Assembly (NCBI RefSeq): GCF_006345805.1
Contig: NC_043010.1
Coordinates: forward strand, 13,392,001-13,456,000
Origin: Octopus sinensis
Taxonomy: Eukaryota
Reading direction: 5' to 3'
DNA length: 64,000 nt
Made by a program: the position numbers and the translations under genes. The notes beneath the pieces are model-generated. The model was given only the letters and a program-made list of their open reading frames with translations, had not been told where the DNA came from and did not search any database. Below, piece by piece: positions 52,001 through 62,837 of this stretch (position 1 is its first letter; each line of letters opens with the position of its first letter).

Positions 52001-52619
52001 TGCACCTTTCCCATAAGTATTAATGTTGGAATTACACAGAGAAAACAAAATTTTAAGTTGATTAAAAGTCATTTCCCAGTTTCAAAGTTGATGACAGAAT
52101 TATCTCCCTTAAACGTTTTGATTTTGCTAAACATGAAAACATCTACAACAGACAAATGTCTGTGAACAGCTAGTCTCTCCATCAAGAAATATGGGTCTTC
52201 AGCATTCATTACTGTTTAGAAATTCCAAATCAAAGAAGTTGAAAGAGTTGAAGAGGATTAAGAAACAAATGAAGACTTTAAAAAATTTAAAAAAAACGAG
52301 AGAGAGTGAAAGCAAGATAAAATATCCTACAATGAGATTATAAGTTTTAATCTAATCAATATTATATGATGCCGATATTTAAAGAGAGCAGGTGATGAGA
52401 ATAAAATACAGAGGATATCTAAGGGCTAATCTATAGCAATTCATTGGATAATTCCCTGACTGGAGCAGAGCTCAAAACAGTCAGTAAGAGAGTAGACAAA
52501 TAGTGTTGTGAACGTAGGTAGAAATTGAAGGTGACATCCCTAATGAGTGTGTTTGTTATTTCATTGTAAACATTGTGTAATTTGTGTGGTTAGTCTGACA
52601 GAAGAAGGAGGTAGCATCC

Positions 52620-52945
52620 TTAATTTACAAAGTCAGAAAACAGCACAGCTCCCATGACTTTCGGAAACATTTTTTCACACCAAGACTTGCTGAAGTATGG
52701 AACAAACTGCCGGCATCAGTTGTTAGTTGTCGGAGCACTGCGTCCTTCAAAACTTCCATGCTTCCTGAGATTCGCCAACACTACACCTGATTTTCTCCCC
52801 ACCATACACACACAAGCATGTATCTGACTCATACACTGTTCGCTTTCCAGACATTTGTACATTACTGCATATGCTTTATACGCACTTTTTGACAAGTTGT
52901 GGTGCACTTGAGCACTGAATACAATAATTTCATTATTATATTAAT
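52620..52945 (+). mobile_element. Second CR1/L2-like 3' fragment
   Basis: Clear nucleotide similarity to 48430-48800 (caaagtcagaaaacagcacagctcccatgactttcggaaaca...gtgcacttgagcactg). Confidence 0.8.
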
Positions 52946-53744
52946 GACTGGCAATGTTGCTTCAAAGATAATTGCCAGAAAATAAGATGCATTAGAGAGG
53001 AACAACAAATTATAAAAGCTTAAGTTGTGAACCCAGAAGGTGTGGGTAAATTGTGGTAGCTAGAAGCATTAATAAGAATCTAGAGAGGGCTTTTGGTTGA
53101 AAGCAATATGTCAGGTTTATATAGCAAGGTGTATAAGATGTCTGCTAATGTTCTCTAATATGACGATGTATTGTGAATTGCATAGTAGTATGTTCACATG
53201 ACTGAGTATGTCCTTGAGGAGAATGTCTAAAAAAAACACTGACACACTTATTCAGACTGGGAAAAGAAATAGTTATAAAAATCTAACAATAAGAAAATGT
53301 TAGATAAGAAAGATAAGAGAAGATAGTTGGTTAAAATCTAGTCAAGTGGAAATAACCAAGTGATGAAGGGAGAGGCAGCTATTGAGGTTAGTTTCAATGT
53401 TATTAGTAAGGCTTTCATGTGGGGAAGAAGTAAAGAAAGCTACAAGTCTATCAGAGATGGATGATGGGACGTTGAAAGTATTAAGCTATACAGGTATGAT
53501 GTTAATTCACCACTTTGTCAGTCAGGGGTTGTGGCTATTGTTTAACCCCAGGTTGGATACAATCAAACAGATTTATGATCAGAGAGGTATGACAACCCTG
53601 CTTTTTTTTAAGTATAGTGTACTGTGGACTACATTATTCAATGTAATGTATCAGTTTTCAAGGCAGCAGAGTATGAGTCAATAAAGATTCCAATAGAGAT
53701 TGGAATAGCAGAATTGGAAGAGTGGTAGATATGATACTTAATAT

Positions 53745-54300
53745 CTATTTATTTACTACCCACGAGGGGCTAAACGTAGAGGGGACAAACAAGGACAGAC
53801 AAAGGTATTAAGTCGATTACATCGACTCCAGTGTGAAACTGGTACTTTATTTATCGACCCCGAAAGGATGAAAGGCAAAGTCGACCTCGGCAGAATTTGA
53901 ACTCAGAACGTAGCGGCAGACGAAATACTTGTTTCTTTATTACCCACAAGGGGCTAAACATAGAGGGGACAAACAAGGACAGACAAAGGGATTAAGTCGA
54001 TTACATCGACTCCAGTGTGAAACTGGTACTTTATTTATCGACCCCGAAAGGATAAAAGGCAAAGTCGACCTCGGCAGAATTTGAACTCAGAACGTAGCGG
54101 CAGACGAGATACCTGTTTCTTTATTACCCACAAGGGGCTAAAGAATGAGGGGACAAACAAGGACAGACAAAGGGATTAAGTCGATTACATCAACTACAGT
54201 GTGAAACTGGTACTTTATTTATCACCCCGAAAGGATGAAAGGCAAAGTCGACCTCAGCGGAATTTGAACTCAGAACATAACGGCAGACGAAATACAGCTA
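53745..54300 (-). repeat. SINE B tandem trimer
   Basis: Three head-to-tail units of about 180 bp have the same junction type as the 63-kb array. Confidence 0.9.
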
Positions 54301-54489
54301 CACATGTATTAAATATCATATCATATGATACTTAATATCATATGATATGATATTTAATTTTGTTGTTTGCATTTCATACCTAACTAAAGTTAACATTATC
54401 TGTCATCTTTCCTATGTTTATAAAATGACATGTCAGACATGCAAGCAGGTAGTTTTCAACTTGTCACTAACATAAAGATATGCATTATA

Positions 54490-54705
54490 TAAATTGGTCA
54501 TTTGATGCAAATGGATGCTGACGGTTCCATAAAGAAATGCTGATTTCTCGAAGTAGATGGAACACGCAGAAAAGTGGAAGACCAAGGAAGACATGGGACA
54601 AAGTACTGAAGGACAACCTCAAAACGCTGAACCTTTCAGACAAGATAACAAAGGACCGAAATGTCTGGTGCCACGATATATTCAAGAAGACCCGTTCCCC
54701 ACAGC
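54490..54705 (+). mobile_element. Degenerate RTE C-terminal fragment
   Basis: It translates, with a frameshift and stop, to GHLMQM...GRPRKTWDKVLKDNLKTLNL...KDRNVW. Confidence 0.7.
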
Positions 54706-54798
54706 CGAAGTGATAAGGTTGCTCACCCTAGTGAAGAAGATTGGCCTGTAAGAGTCCCGTACCTTAGGAATGAGAACCCAGGTTCGAAATTTCCCCAA

Positions 54799-54845
54799 GA
54801 CACTTGATAAAGGCTGGAGGGTATATCAGCTGAAACGTTGTGTTA
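54799..54845 (+). pseudogene. Decayed hammerhead in a third family H copy (about 54760-54920)
   Basis: Flanks are near-identical to 8815-8950, but the core reads TTGATAA instead of CTGATGA. Confidence 0.55.
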
Positions 54846-55186
54846 ACAACAAAGATGAGGACAAATATCCGTAAATAATGTAAATAATGTACATATTTCC
54901 TCATTTCTTAAATATGGGACTTTATTGAGCCCTGTGTTCAGTTAGTGTTATTTTATTGTCTCCAGAAGGCTGAAAGGTAAAGTCGACCCGAGCAGTATTT
55001 GAAATCAATATTGTAATCAGATGCAACAATAGCAACTCAACAACGGTAAAATTTGTCAAAAATTAGAGTTGAATAAAAACACTTCATCAACTGAAAAGTA
55101 CCAAATCCTGTAATTACAGACAAACAAAATGGTAATACTTTAGTCTGAATTTATTACTGACAAATGCTGATTGTACCATTATGACT

Positions 55187-55192
55187 ACTTAC
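55187..55192 (-). promoter_or_regulatory. Main splice donor of the protocadherin exon
   Basis: ACACCG|GTAAGT is a consensus donor at phase 0 after codon 792. Confidence 0.8.
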
Positions 55193-57568
55193 CGGTGTTG
55201 GTATTGGTCCTCTTTGTCGTGAAGAAGGGGATTTACACTCCCTCCAAGTTTGGGATGGAGCTCCATGAAAAAACTCAGTTCTTGGGTCAATAAAAGAAGC
55301 ATTTGTATTATGCATTCTAGGTAAATTCCTTACCATAGTGGCAGGATGATAATTGTCTGAAATTAGTTGACTCATTTCTCTTTGAGAATGGTTTGATGAT
55401 GAGCTCCTTTCAGCTGAGAGCCTGTTTTTTGATTTACAGTACTTTATAATACATACAGTAACTGATATCACAATAGCCACAGATACAATCACAACCCCTG
55501 CAACAATGATTATCATCCAGTTCATATCTATCCAGTCTTTGTCCGAAGACTCTGCAGTTGCCTTGATCTTTGGAGCATCATTACTAACAGTCAGCCTTAA
55601 AGTAGCTGAAGCAGTTGCTGATAGAACTGGAATACCACTGTCTTCAACTAAAACTACAAGTTTATATTCCCCAGCGTCATTCTGATAAACCATGCGAGCA
55701 AAAGACAACACACCTGTGCGAGAGTTGAGTGCAAATAATTTCTTGTCATTGCCTTGGTATATTCCATATTTCAGAAAAGCATTTCTAGGCGTGTCCTTGT
55801 CAGATGCTTTGAAAACTGTAATCTCGTTGTTACTTAGTGGTAGATAATGTACATTAAGGGTGACTGATTCAACATTAGGAGAAGTGAAATAAGGGGCATT
55901 GTCATTCACATCCATGACTTCGACAGTAACGTTTGTAGTGCTGTTCAATGATGACGTTCCATTGTCTTTCACTAAAACTTGGAACTGATAAAAGTCTTTG
56001 ATTTCTCTGTCTAACGATGTAGTTGTTGAAATAAAACCGCCGTTGGAAATTTTGAAAGGAAACAAATTCTGATGATTGTTCAAAATTAAATAAGATAATT
56101 TTCCTCCCTCTCCTTCATCGGGATCTGTAGCTTCCATATAGCCAACAGGGAAATTTGGGCTTTCATTTTCCTTAATCAGAAATCTGAATGAATCCTTTGA
56201 AAACTTAGGCGGTACATCATTAACATCTGTCACTTTGACTGAGAAATTTTTGATGCTTCGTAATGCTGGAGAACCATTATCTTCACATGCCATTGTTACA
56301 CGAAAATCACTATTTTTTTCTCTGTCAACTGCTTCTTTCACAGTTATTTTATATTCTTTGCTCCCCAAGATTTGAAGCTGGAATTTAGGATGATTCAGTT
56401 GACACTCTACTTCTCCGTTTTCTCCAGTGTCATCATCGGTCACTTTCACAAAAGCTATAAAATTACCGACTTTGATGTCTTCTGAAATGACAGTTGTCTC
56501 CTCTGTTATTCTTGAAACAAAACTTATCTCAATGACTGGTGGGTTATTATGTTTACTGACGATGCTGATATGAACTAAGGTAATAGAACTAAGAAAGGGT
56601 TTTCCCCCGTCTCTAGCTTCAACAAACAATTTATAATTTTGATTTTCTCCTAATGAAAATTTACCTTTATGATATATTTCACCAGTTATTTCATTTAACC
56701 GAAAATTGTGTTTAGCAGCTTCGGATGTTTTTGATCCAAATTTGTATGAAATTTTACTATTATCTCCATAATCCAAATCATGAGCAGATAGGACAAACAC
56801 TGGTTTATCTATTCGATGGCTGCTATTTATGAAAACATTGTAAGTATTCTGAGAGAATATGGGGGGATTATCATTTGCATCAATCACAGAGATCTGGACA
56901 TCCATTTTGCCCCGTCTGGATGGAACACCATTATCAGTTGCAATGATCTGTAATTTATATGTTTCTTGTACTTCTCTGTCCAACATTTCTTTTAAGACAA
57001 TCTCTAGATTATCTGTACCATCAACTCTTTTAGAAGTCACTAAGCCAAACGTTCCTTCGTAGTCATTAATTATTTGATATGAAATCCGTGAGTTTGCTTC
57101 TCCAACATCTTTGTCTATTGCATTTAGCAAAAATTTTTTTGTTCCTTCACCATCCGTTTCTAAAAACCGAAGATAAATTTCTCCTTTGGGAAACTCGGGC
57201 GAGTAATCATTGACATCTTGTATCACAATTTTTATCTTTAAAAAGTTTTCATTTTTCCTATTTTCTCTAAAAATAACCCGTATCATTTTGAAGCACTGAG
57301 TGTCATAAACACACAGAGACTCAGCATCTAATTTCTGTGTAGTGTACAGTTTGCCAGCTTTTGTGACATTAAACAAATCGGCAACGCCAATTAGGTTAAA
57401 CGATATCAAACTAGTGTCTGCAGTTTGTTTATCATAATTTAAATTCAGATTAGCTGCTATGTCTCCCACGAGTGTTCCTGCATCTTGCTCTTCAGCTACA
57501 TAGAAAGTGAGATTGCTACATAAGCAACTGCAGAGAAACAGCATGAGAATACATGCTGATAGCAACAT
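55193..57568 (-). CDS. Pcdh: Protocadherin large coding exon (signal peptide, EC1-EC6, TM, proximal cytoplasmic tail; 792 codons), cephalopod-expanded type
   Basis: The ORF has six cadherin repeats with DxD, LDRE/LDAE and DxNDN motifs (DVNDYSP, DANDNPP, DVNDVPP, DVNDNAP). EC1 has the protocadherin Cys-X5-Cys motif (CVYDTQC). The first ATG at 57568 gives a hydrophobic signal peptide MLLSACILMLFLCSCLC, and the TM is WMIIIVAGVVIVSVAIVISVTVCII. The exon ends at donor CCG|GTAAGT (phase 0); without splicing the frame runs to a stop at 55154. Confidence 0.95.
55328..55333 (-). promoter_or_regulatory. Possible alternative splice donor
   Basis: ATG|GTAAGG is also phase 0 (after codon 745), 141 nt upstream of the main donor. 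Confidence 0.4.
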
Positions 57569-57612
57569 ATCTCGATTCAACCGACCAGACACCAACAATC
57601 AGAGAAATATGT

Positions 57613-57635
57613 CTGAAATTAAAAAAAGAATAGAT
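57613..57635 (-). promoter_or_regulatory. Splice acceptor of the protocadherin coding exon (implies an upstream non-coding exon)
   Basis: The minus strand reads ctattctttttttaatttcag|acatatt: a polypyrimidine tract plus CAG, 45 nt upstream of the ATG. Confidence 0.8.
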
Positions 57636-57869
57636 TTTAGCAATTTGTTAAAATTTTGCTTAAATAATATGTATGTAGTTACATTATCTATAGTAAACTA
57701 ACAGTAATCTGGTAGAGAGCAGGTAGTTTCTTTAAAATAACTTTAAGAAAACAAGAAGCGTTATGTGAATTTGTGTGTGTATATACATATATATATGGGT
57801 GTATGTATGAAGTAGCAACAGCAGAAATGTATCTAAATGTAAATGTTCATAGAAAAAGTGTGAGTATCA

Positions 57870-57962
57870 GTGTAGGAGTATGTATGTATGTATGTATATG
57901 TATATACATATATATGTAGACATACATACATATACATACATGTGTCTATGTGTGTATATATA

Positions 57963-58007
<45 letters not shown>

Positions 58008-58051
58008 TACATGTATATGTAGATATACATATATATATACATACATGTGTC

Positions 58052-58100
<49 letters not shown>

Positions 58101-58209
58101 ATATATGCATGTATGTATGTATATGAATATACATATACATATATATGTAGATATACATATATATATATATATACATACATATATACATACATATATATAT
58201 ATATATATA

Positions 58210-58241
<32 letters not shown>

Positions 58242-58531
58242 CATATATACATATATATATATATATACATATATACATACATATATATAATATATATATA
58301 TATACACATACATATATATATATATATACATACATATATACATACATATATTATATATATACATACATATATACATACATTATATATATATATATACATA
58401 CATATATTACATACATATATATATATATATACATATATACATACATATATATATATATATATACATATATACATACATATATATATATATATTATACATA
58501 TATACATACATATATATATATATATACATAT

Positions 58532-58562
<31 letters not shown>

Positions 58563-58599
58563 CATACATATATACATACATATATATATATATACATAT

Positions 58600-58630
<31 letters not shown>

Positions 58631-58635
58631 CATAT

Positions 58636-58666
<31 letters not shown>

Positions 58667-58707
58667 CATACATATATATATATATATATACATATATACA
58701 TACATAC

Positions 58708-58740
<33 letters not shown>

Positions 58741-58820
58741 CATATAATATATACATACATACACACACATATATATATATATATATATAATATATATATA
58801 TATGTATGTATGTATGTATT
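57870..58820. repeat. About 1-kb (TA)n/(CATA)n microsatellite
   Basis: Direct reading. Confidence 0.95.
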
Positions 58821-59069
58821 TAGTTAACTAGTTCAATAACATCAGTATGTATTTGCATCATCTCTTATGATAAAATAAATATCTGTGCTTATTATTATTA
58901 TTCAAATGGTCACACCAACACATTTGGTTTATTTATATACAAAGATAAGATTAATATTCAGTTTAAATAACTGATTCTTAGAACAACAACAAGAATAACA
59001 TTTTATTATAAAACAGTAAACATAATCGACATAGAACACTCTTTCATAAGTTTCTCTTTCGTAAGCAAA

Positions 59070-59264
59070 TAGGCGCAGGAGTGGCTGTGTGGTAAGTAGC
59101 TTGCTAACCAACCACATGGTTGCGGTTTCAGTCCCACTGCGTGGCATCTTGGGCAAGTGTCTTCTGCTATAGTCCTGGGCCGACCAATGCCTTGTGAGTG
59201 GATTTGGTAGACGGAAACTGAAAGAAGCCTGTCGTATATATATATGTATATATATATATATGTA

Positions 59265-59295
<31 letters not shown>

Positions 59296-59480
59296 TTGTG
59301 TGTCTGTGTTTGTCCCCCTAGCATTTCTTGACAACCGATGCTGGTGTGTTTACGTCGCCGTCACTTCGTGGTTCGGCAAAATAGACCGATAGAATAAGCA
59401 CTGGGCTTACAAAGAATAAGGCGGTGCTCCAGCATGGCCGCAGTCAAAATACTGAAACAAGTAAAAGAGTAAAGAGTAAA
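59070..59480 (+). mobile_element. SINE family A (tRNA-derived head, central CA/TA microsatellite, (TAAAAGAG)n tail); other + copies at about 5221-5780, 8322-8790, 20572-20970, 28735-29115, 49155-49660, 61075-61490, 61725-61875
   Basis: The head ggcgcaggagtggctgtgtggtaag...ggttcagtcccactgcg has A-box and B-box-like motifs, and there are many near-identical copies. Confidence 0.9.
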
Positions 59481-61877
59481 GAGAGAGAGTAAAGAGTTAA
59501 AGATTAGCAGGAGTTTAGATGCTAATATTTTAACATATTTCACGCAGTGTTTTCTGGATATTTAAACAGTTTTCTGTGGTGAGATCCTGGTTCAGGATTT
59601 CCAGAGATTTTGAGGTATATGGGATCATCTCTTAGCCATTATTGTTCCTAGGTCTACTCTCACCTGGAATAGTAGCACCTGTCAAGATCCCAGCTATGTG
59701 TTAATTAGCATGTCAAGAAATTACTTTTGAAGAATATTGCTCACAGACACCCCAACAGACACAGTGCAGATAAGGCCCTTCACCTCTTTAGCTGTTCATC
59801 TAAGAGAAGGTAGCCCCATACAAATCCTGCATCCTGGCAACAGTTGGGCTCACAACACTTCTTGCACCAGACCAATACAAGTTTGAAAGGCGAAAGAGCA
59901 GGACTGGCCCTGCACAAACCATGCCCACCATAACAATAAACCATTGCTGCTTTGTGGGGGTAACATATCGAGCATTTAAAAAGGGCTAATGGAGTATACC
60001 CTAAAAGACAATCAAGAGGGAGTGACCTGTTAGGAGAATCCATACAGTTATAGTTAACTAATGTCTGGCATCACCTACAGTTCCATGAATGCTGCAAATG
60101 TATTGACTTGTCTTTCCTTCATGGATTATCCATGAGGATAGAGGTGGTAAGCATACTTGAGGGTTAGGCTCTTTTTTCTGGAAACAGCCCAGGAACAGCA
60201 GAAGCAGTTAAATTACTTATTTCTTTACTGCCCACAAGGGGCTAAACACAGAGGGGACAAACAAGGACAGACAAACGGATTAAGTCGATTATATCAATCC
60301 CAGTGCATAACTGGTGCTTATTTCATCGACCCCGAAAGGATGAAAGGCAAAGCCGACCTCGGCGGAATTTGAACTCAGAATGTAAAGACAGATGAAATAC
60401 CGCTAAGCAATTCACCTGTCGTGCTAACGATTCTGTCAGCTCACCGCCGAAGCAGTTAAATTACTGTCTCTACAATACTGTCGATCATGGCCAAAAAAGG
60501 CCAACCAAAATCTCTTCACTCAATTGTATTACTGGTAAATCCTATATATTCTGGATAAAGATTTAGATTGATTTGGATCTGTACTTCCCAACCTATGAAT
60601 TATGATATAATTCTGAATAAATCATAGAGACATAATAGGGACATGCCACCTAGGTAGGCAAGGTAGGCAGTGCCTACCTTGAAAAAAATAGATCGATAGC
60701 AACATTTTCCTTTTATGGCAAAATATGCACCTGATTCAATAAAATTATGAAGGTTACTCTGATTACTATGCATAAAATGCAAAATATTTTATTTTTTTGT
60801 AGATTAGGTAGGCATAATTCTCCCCTGCTTTTCAATCTCACTATTTAAGCTACGCACAGTATTGCTGTAGTACACATGCTGTGTACACTCCTGCAACACT
60901 GTTTTCTTTACGTGCTATAAAGACAGAAATAAATCTGCCTTCAACTCAGTCATGCTTATTCTTTGTGTGTGTTTACTACACAAAGGTCACCAACTACCTA
61001 CCTGAGTAATTACTGACAGCATGTGCCTGAGACATAATGTTCTACTTTAAAAATATTTTAATTAAAATGTACAATAGGCGCAGGAGTGGCTGTGTGGTAA
61101 GTAGCATGCTAACCAACCACATGGTTCCGGGTTCAGTCCCACTGCGTGGCGTCTTGGGCAAGTGTCTTCTGCTATAGCCCCGGGCCGACCAATGCCTTGT
61201 GAGTGGATTTGGTAGACGGAAACTGAAAGAAGCCTGTCGTATATATATGTATATATATATGTGTATGTGTGTGTTTGTGTGTCTGTGTTTGTCCCCCACT
61301 AGCATTGCTTGACAACCGATGCTGGTGCGTTTACGTCCCCGTCACTTAGCGGTTCGGCAAAAGAGACTGATAGAATAAGTACTAGGCTTACAAAGAATAA
61401 GTCCCGGAGTCAAATTGCTCGACTAAAGGCGGTGCTCCAGCATGGCCGCAGTCAAATGACTGAAACAAGTAAAAGAGTAAAAAGAGTAATGTTCATGAAT
61501 GTGTTGTGAAACTAAGCTGCAGTCTGGTATAATCACTACTACACATTTTCCGCAAACAAAATCAGAAGGTATTTGTCCCCAAAACTTTCAAATTTTGAGT
61601 GTGTCCTATTTTTGGAAAAATCAATATTTAGTGCATTTGACCACTGCATACAAAAAGTTCAATACTATACACACATACGCACACTCACAAACATGTGTGT
61701 GTGTGTGTGTGTGTGTGTCCTCAGGGATAGCTGTGTGGTTAAGAAGTTCCCTTCTCAGTCATATGGCTTCAAATTAAGTTCCACTGTGCAGGACCTTGCG
61801 CAAGTTTTCTTCTATTATAGCACCAAAACCAACAAAAGCCTTGTGAGGGGACTTGGAAGACAGAAACTAAAAGATCA

Positions 61878-62615
61878 TCACACACACACACACACACGCA
61901 TATGCATACACACATACATGCATATGCATACACACACACACGCATATCCATACACACACACACGCATATGCATACACACACACACACGCATATCCATACA
62001 CACACACACGCATATCCATACACACACATGCATATGCATACACACACATATGCCTGCACACATACACACACACACTGACAAATGCATATGCACACACATA
62101 TCCATACACATACACATGCATAAGCATACACAAACACACACATATGCATGCACATACACACACTGACAAATGCATATGCACACACATGCATATCCATACA
62201 CACACACATGCATATGCATACACACACACATATCCATACACACACACACACGCATATCCATACACACATACACACACGCACATACACACACGCACATACA
62301 CACACACACATACACACACGCACATACACACACGCACATACACACACACACATACACACACGCACATACACACACGCACATACACACACGCACATACACA
62401 CACGCACATACACACACACATACACACACGCACATACACACGCACATACACACACGCACATACACACACGCACATACACACACGCACATACACACACACA
62501 CATACACACACGCACATACACACACACACACACACACACGCACATACACACACACATACACACACACGCACATACACACACGCACATACACACACACACA
62601 CATATATATATATAT
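61878..62615. repeat. (CA)n compound array with a cacatacacacacg sub-unit
   Basis: Direct reading. Confidence 0.95.
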
Positions 62616-62837
62616 AATATGAGATGTTGCAATTTGCTGTACTTGATAAGACATGTCAAACTAAGTAAAAATCGCCGTCTTCCACAGGTACAGACTCATC
62701 CTTTCAGGTGCTGGTGCCACTTAAAAAGCACCTGTGCTGGTGCTGCATTAATGCACCCGCCAGTGCTGCATGAACACCTATGCTGGTGGCACGTAAAAGG
62801 CACCCGCCACACTCTGTTAAGTGGTTGGTATTAGGGA

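Noticed and set aside
55154-57598. ORF-track start at 57598 and end at 55154 as the true CDS limits
   Set aside because: 57598 is a TTG in the 5' UTR part of the exon. The first ATG (57568) begins the signal peptide, and a consensus donor precedes the stop.
59780-60043. 87-aa Cys-containing minus-strand ORF
   Set aside because: No recognisable motif or splice support, and the length is within chance expectation.
60656-60682. 11-bp hairpin caaggtaggca-g-tgcctaccttg
   Set aside because: It is short and isolated with no matching element boundary found; there is not enough evidence to call it.
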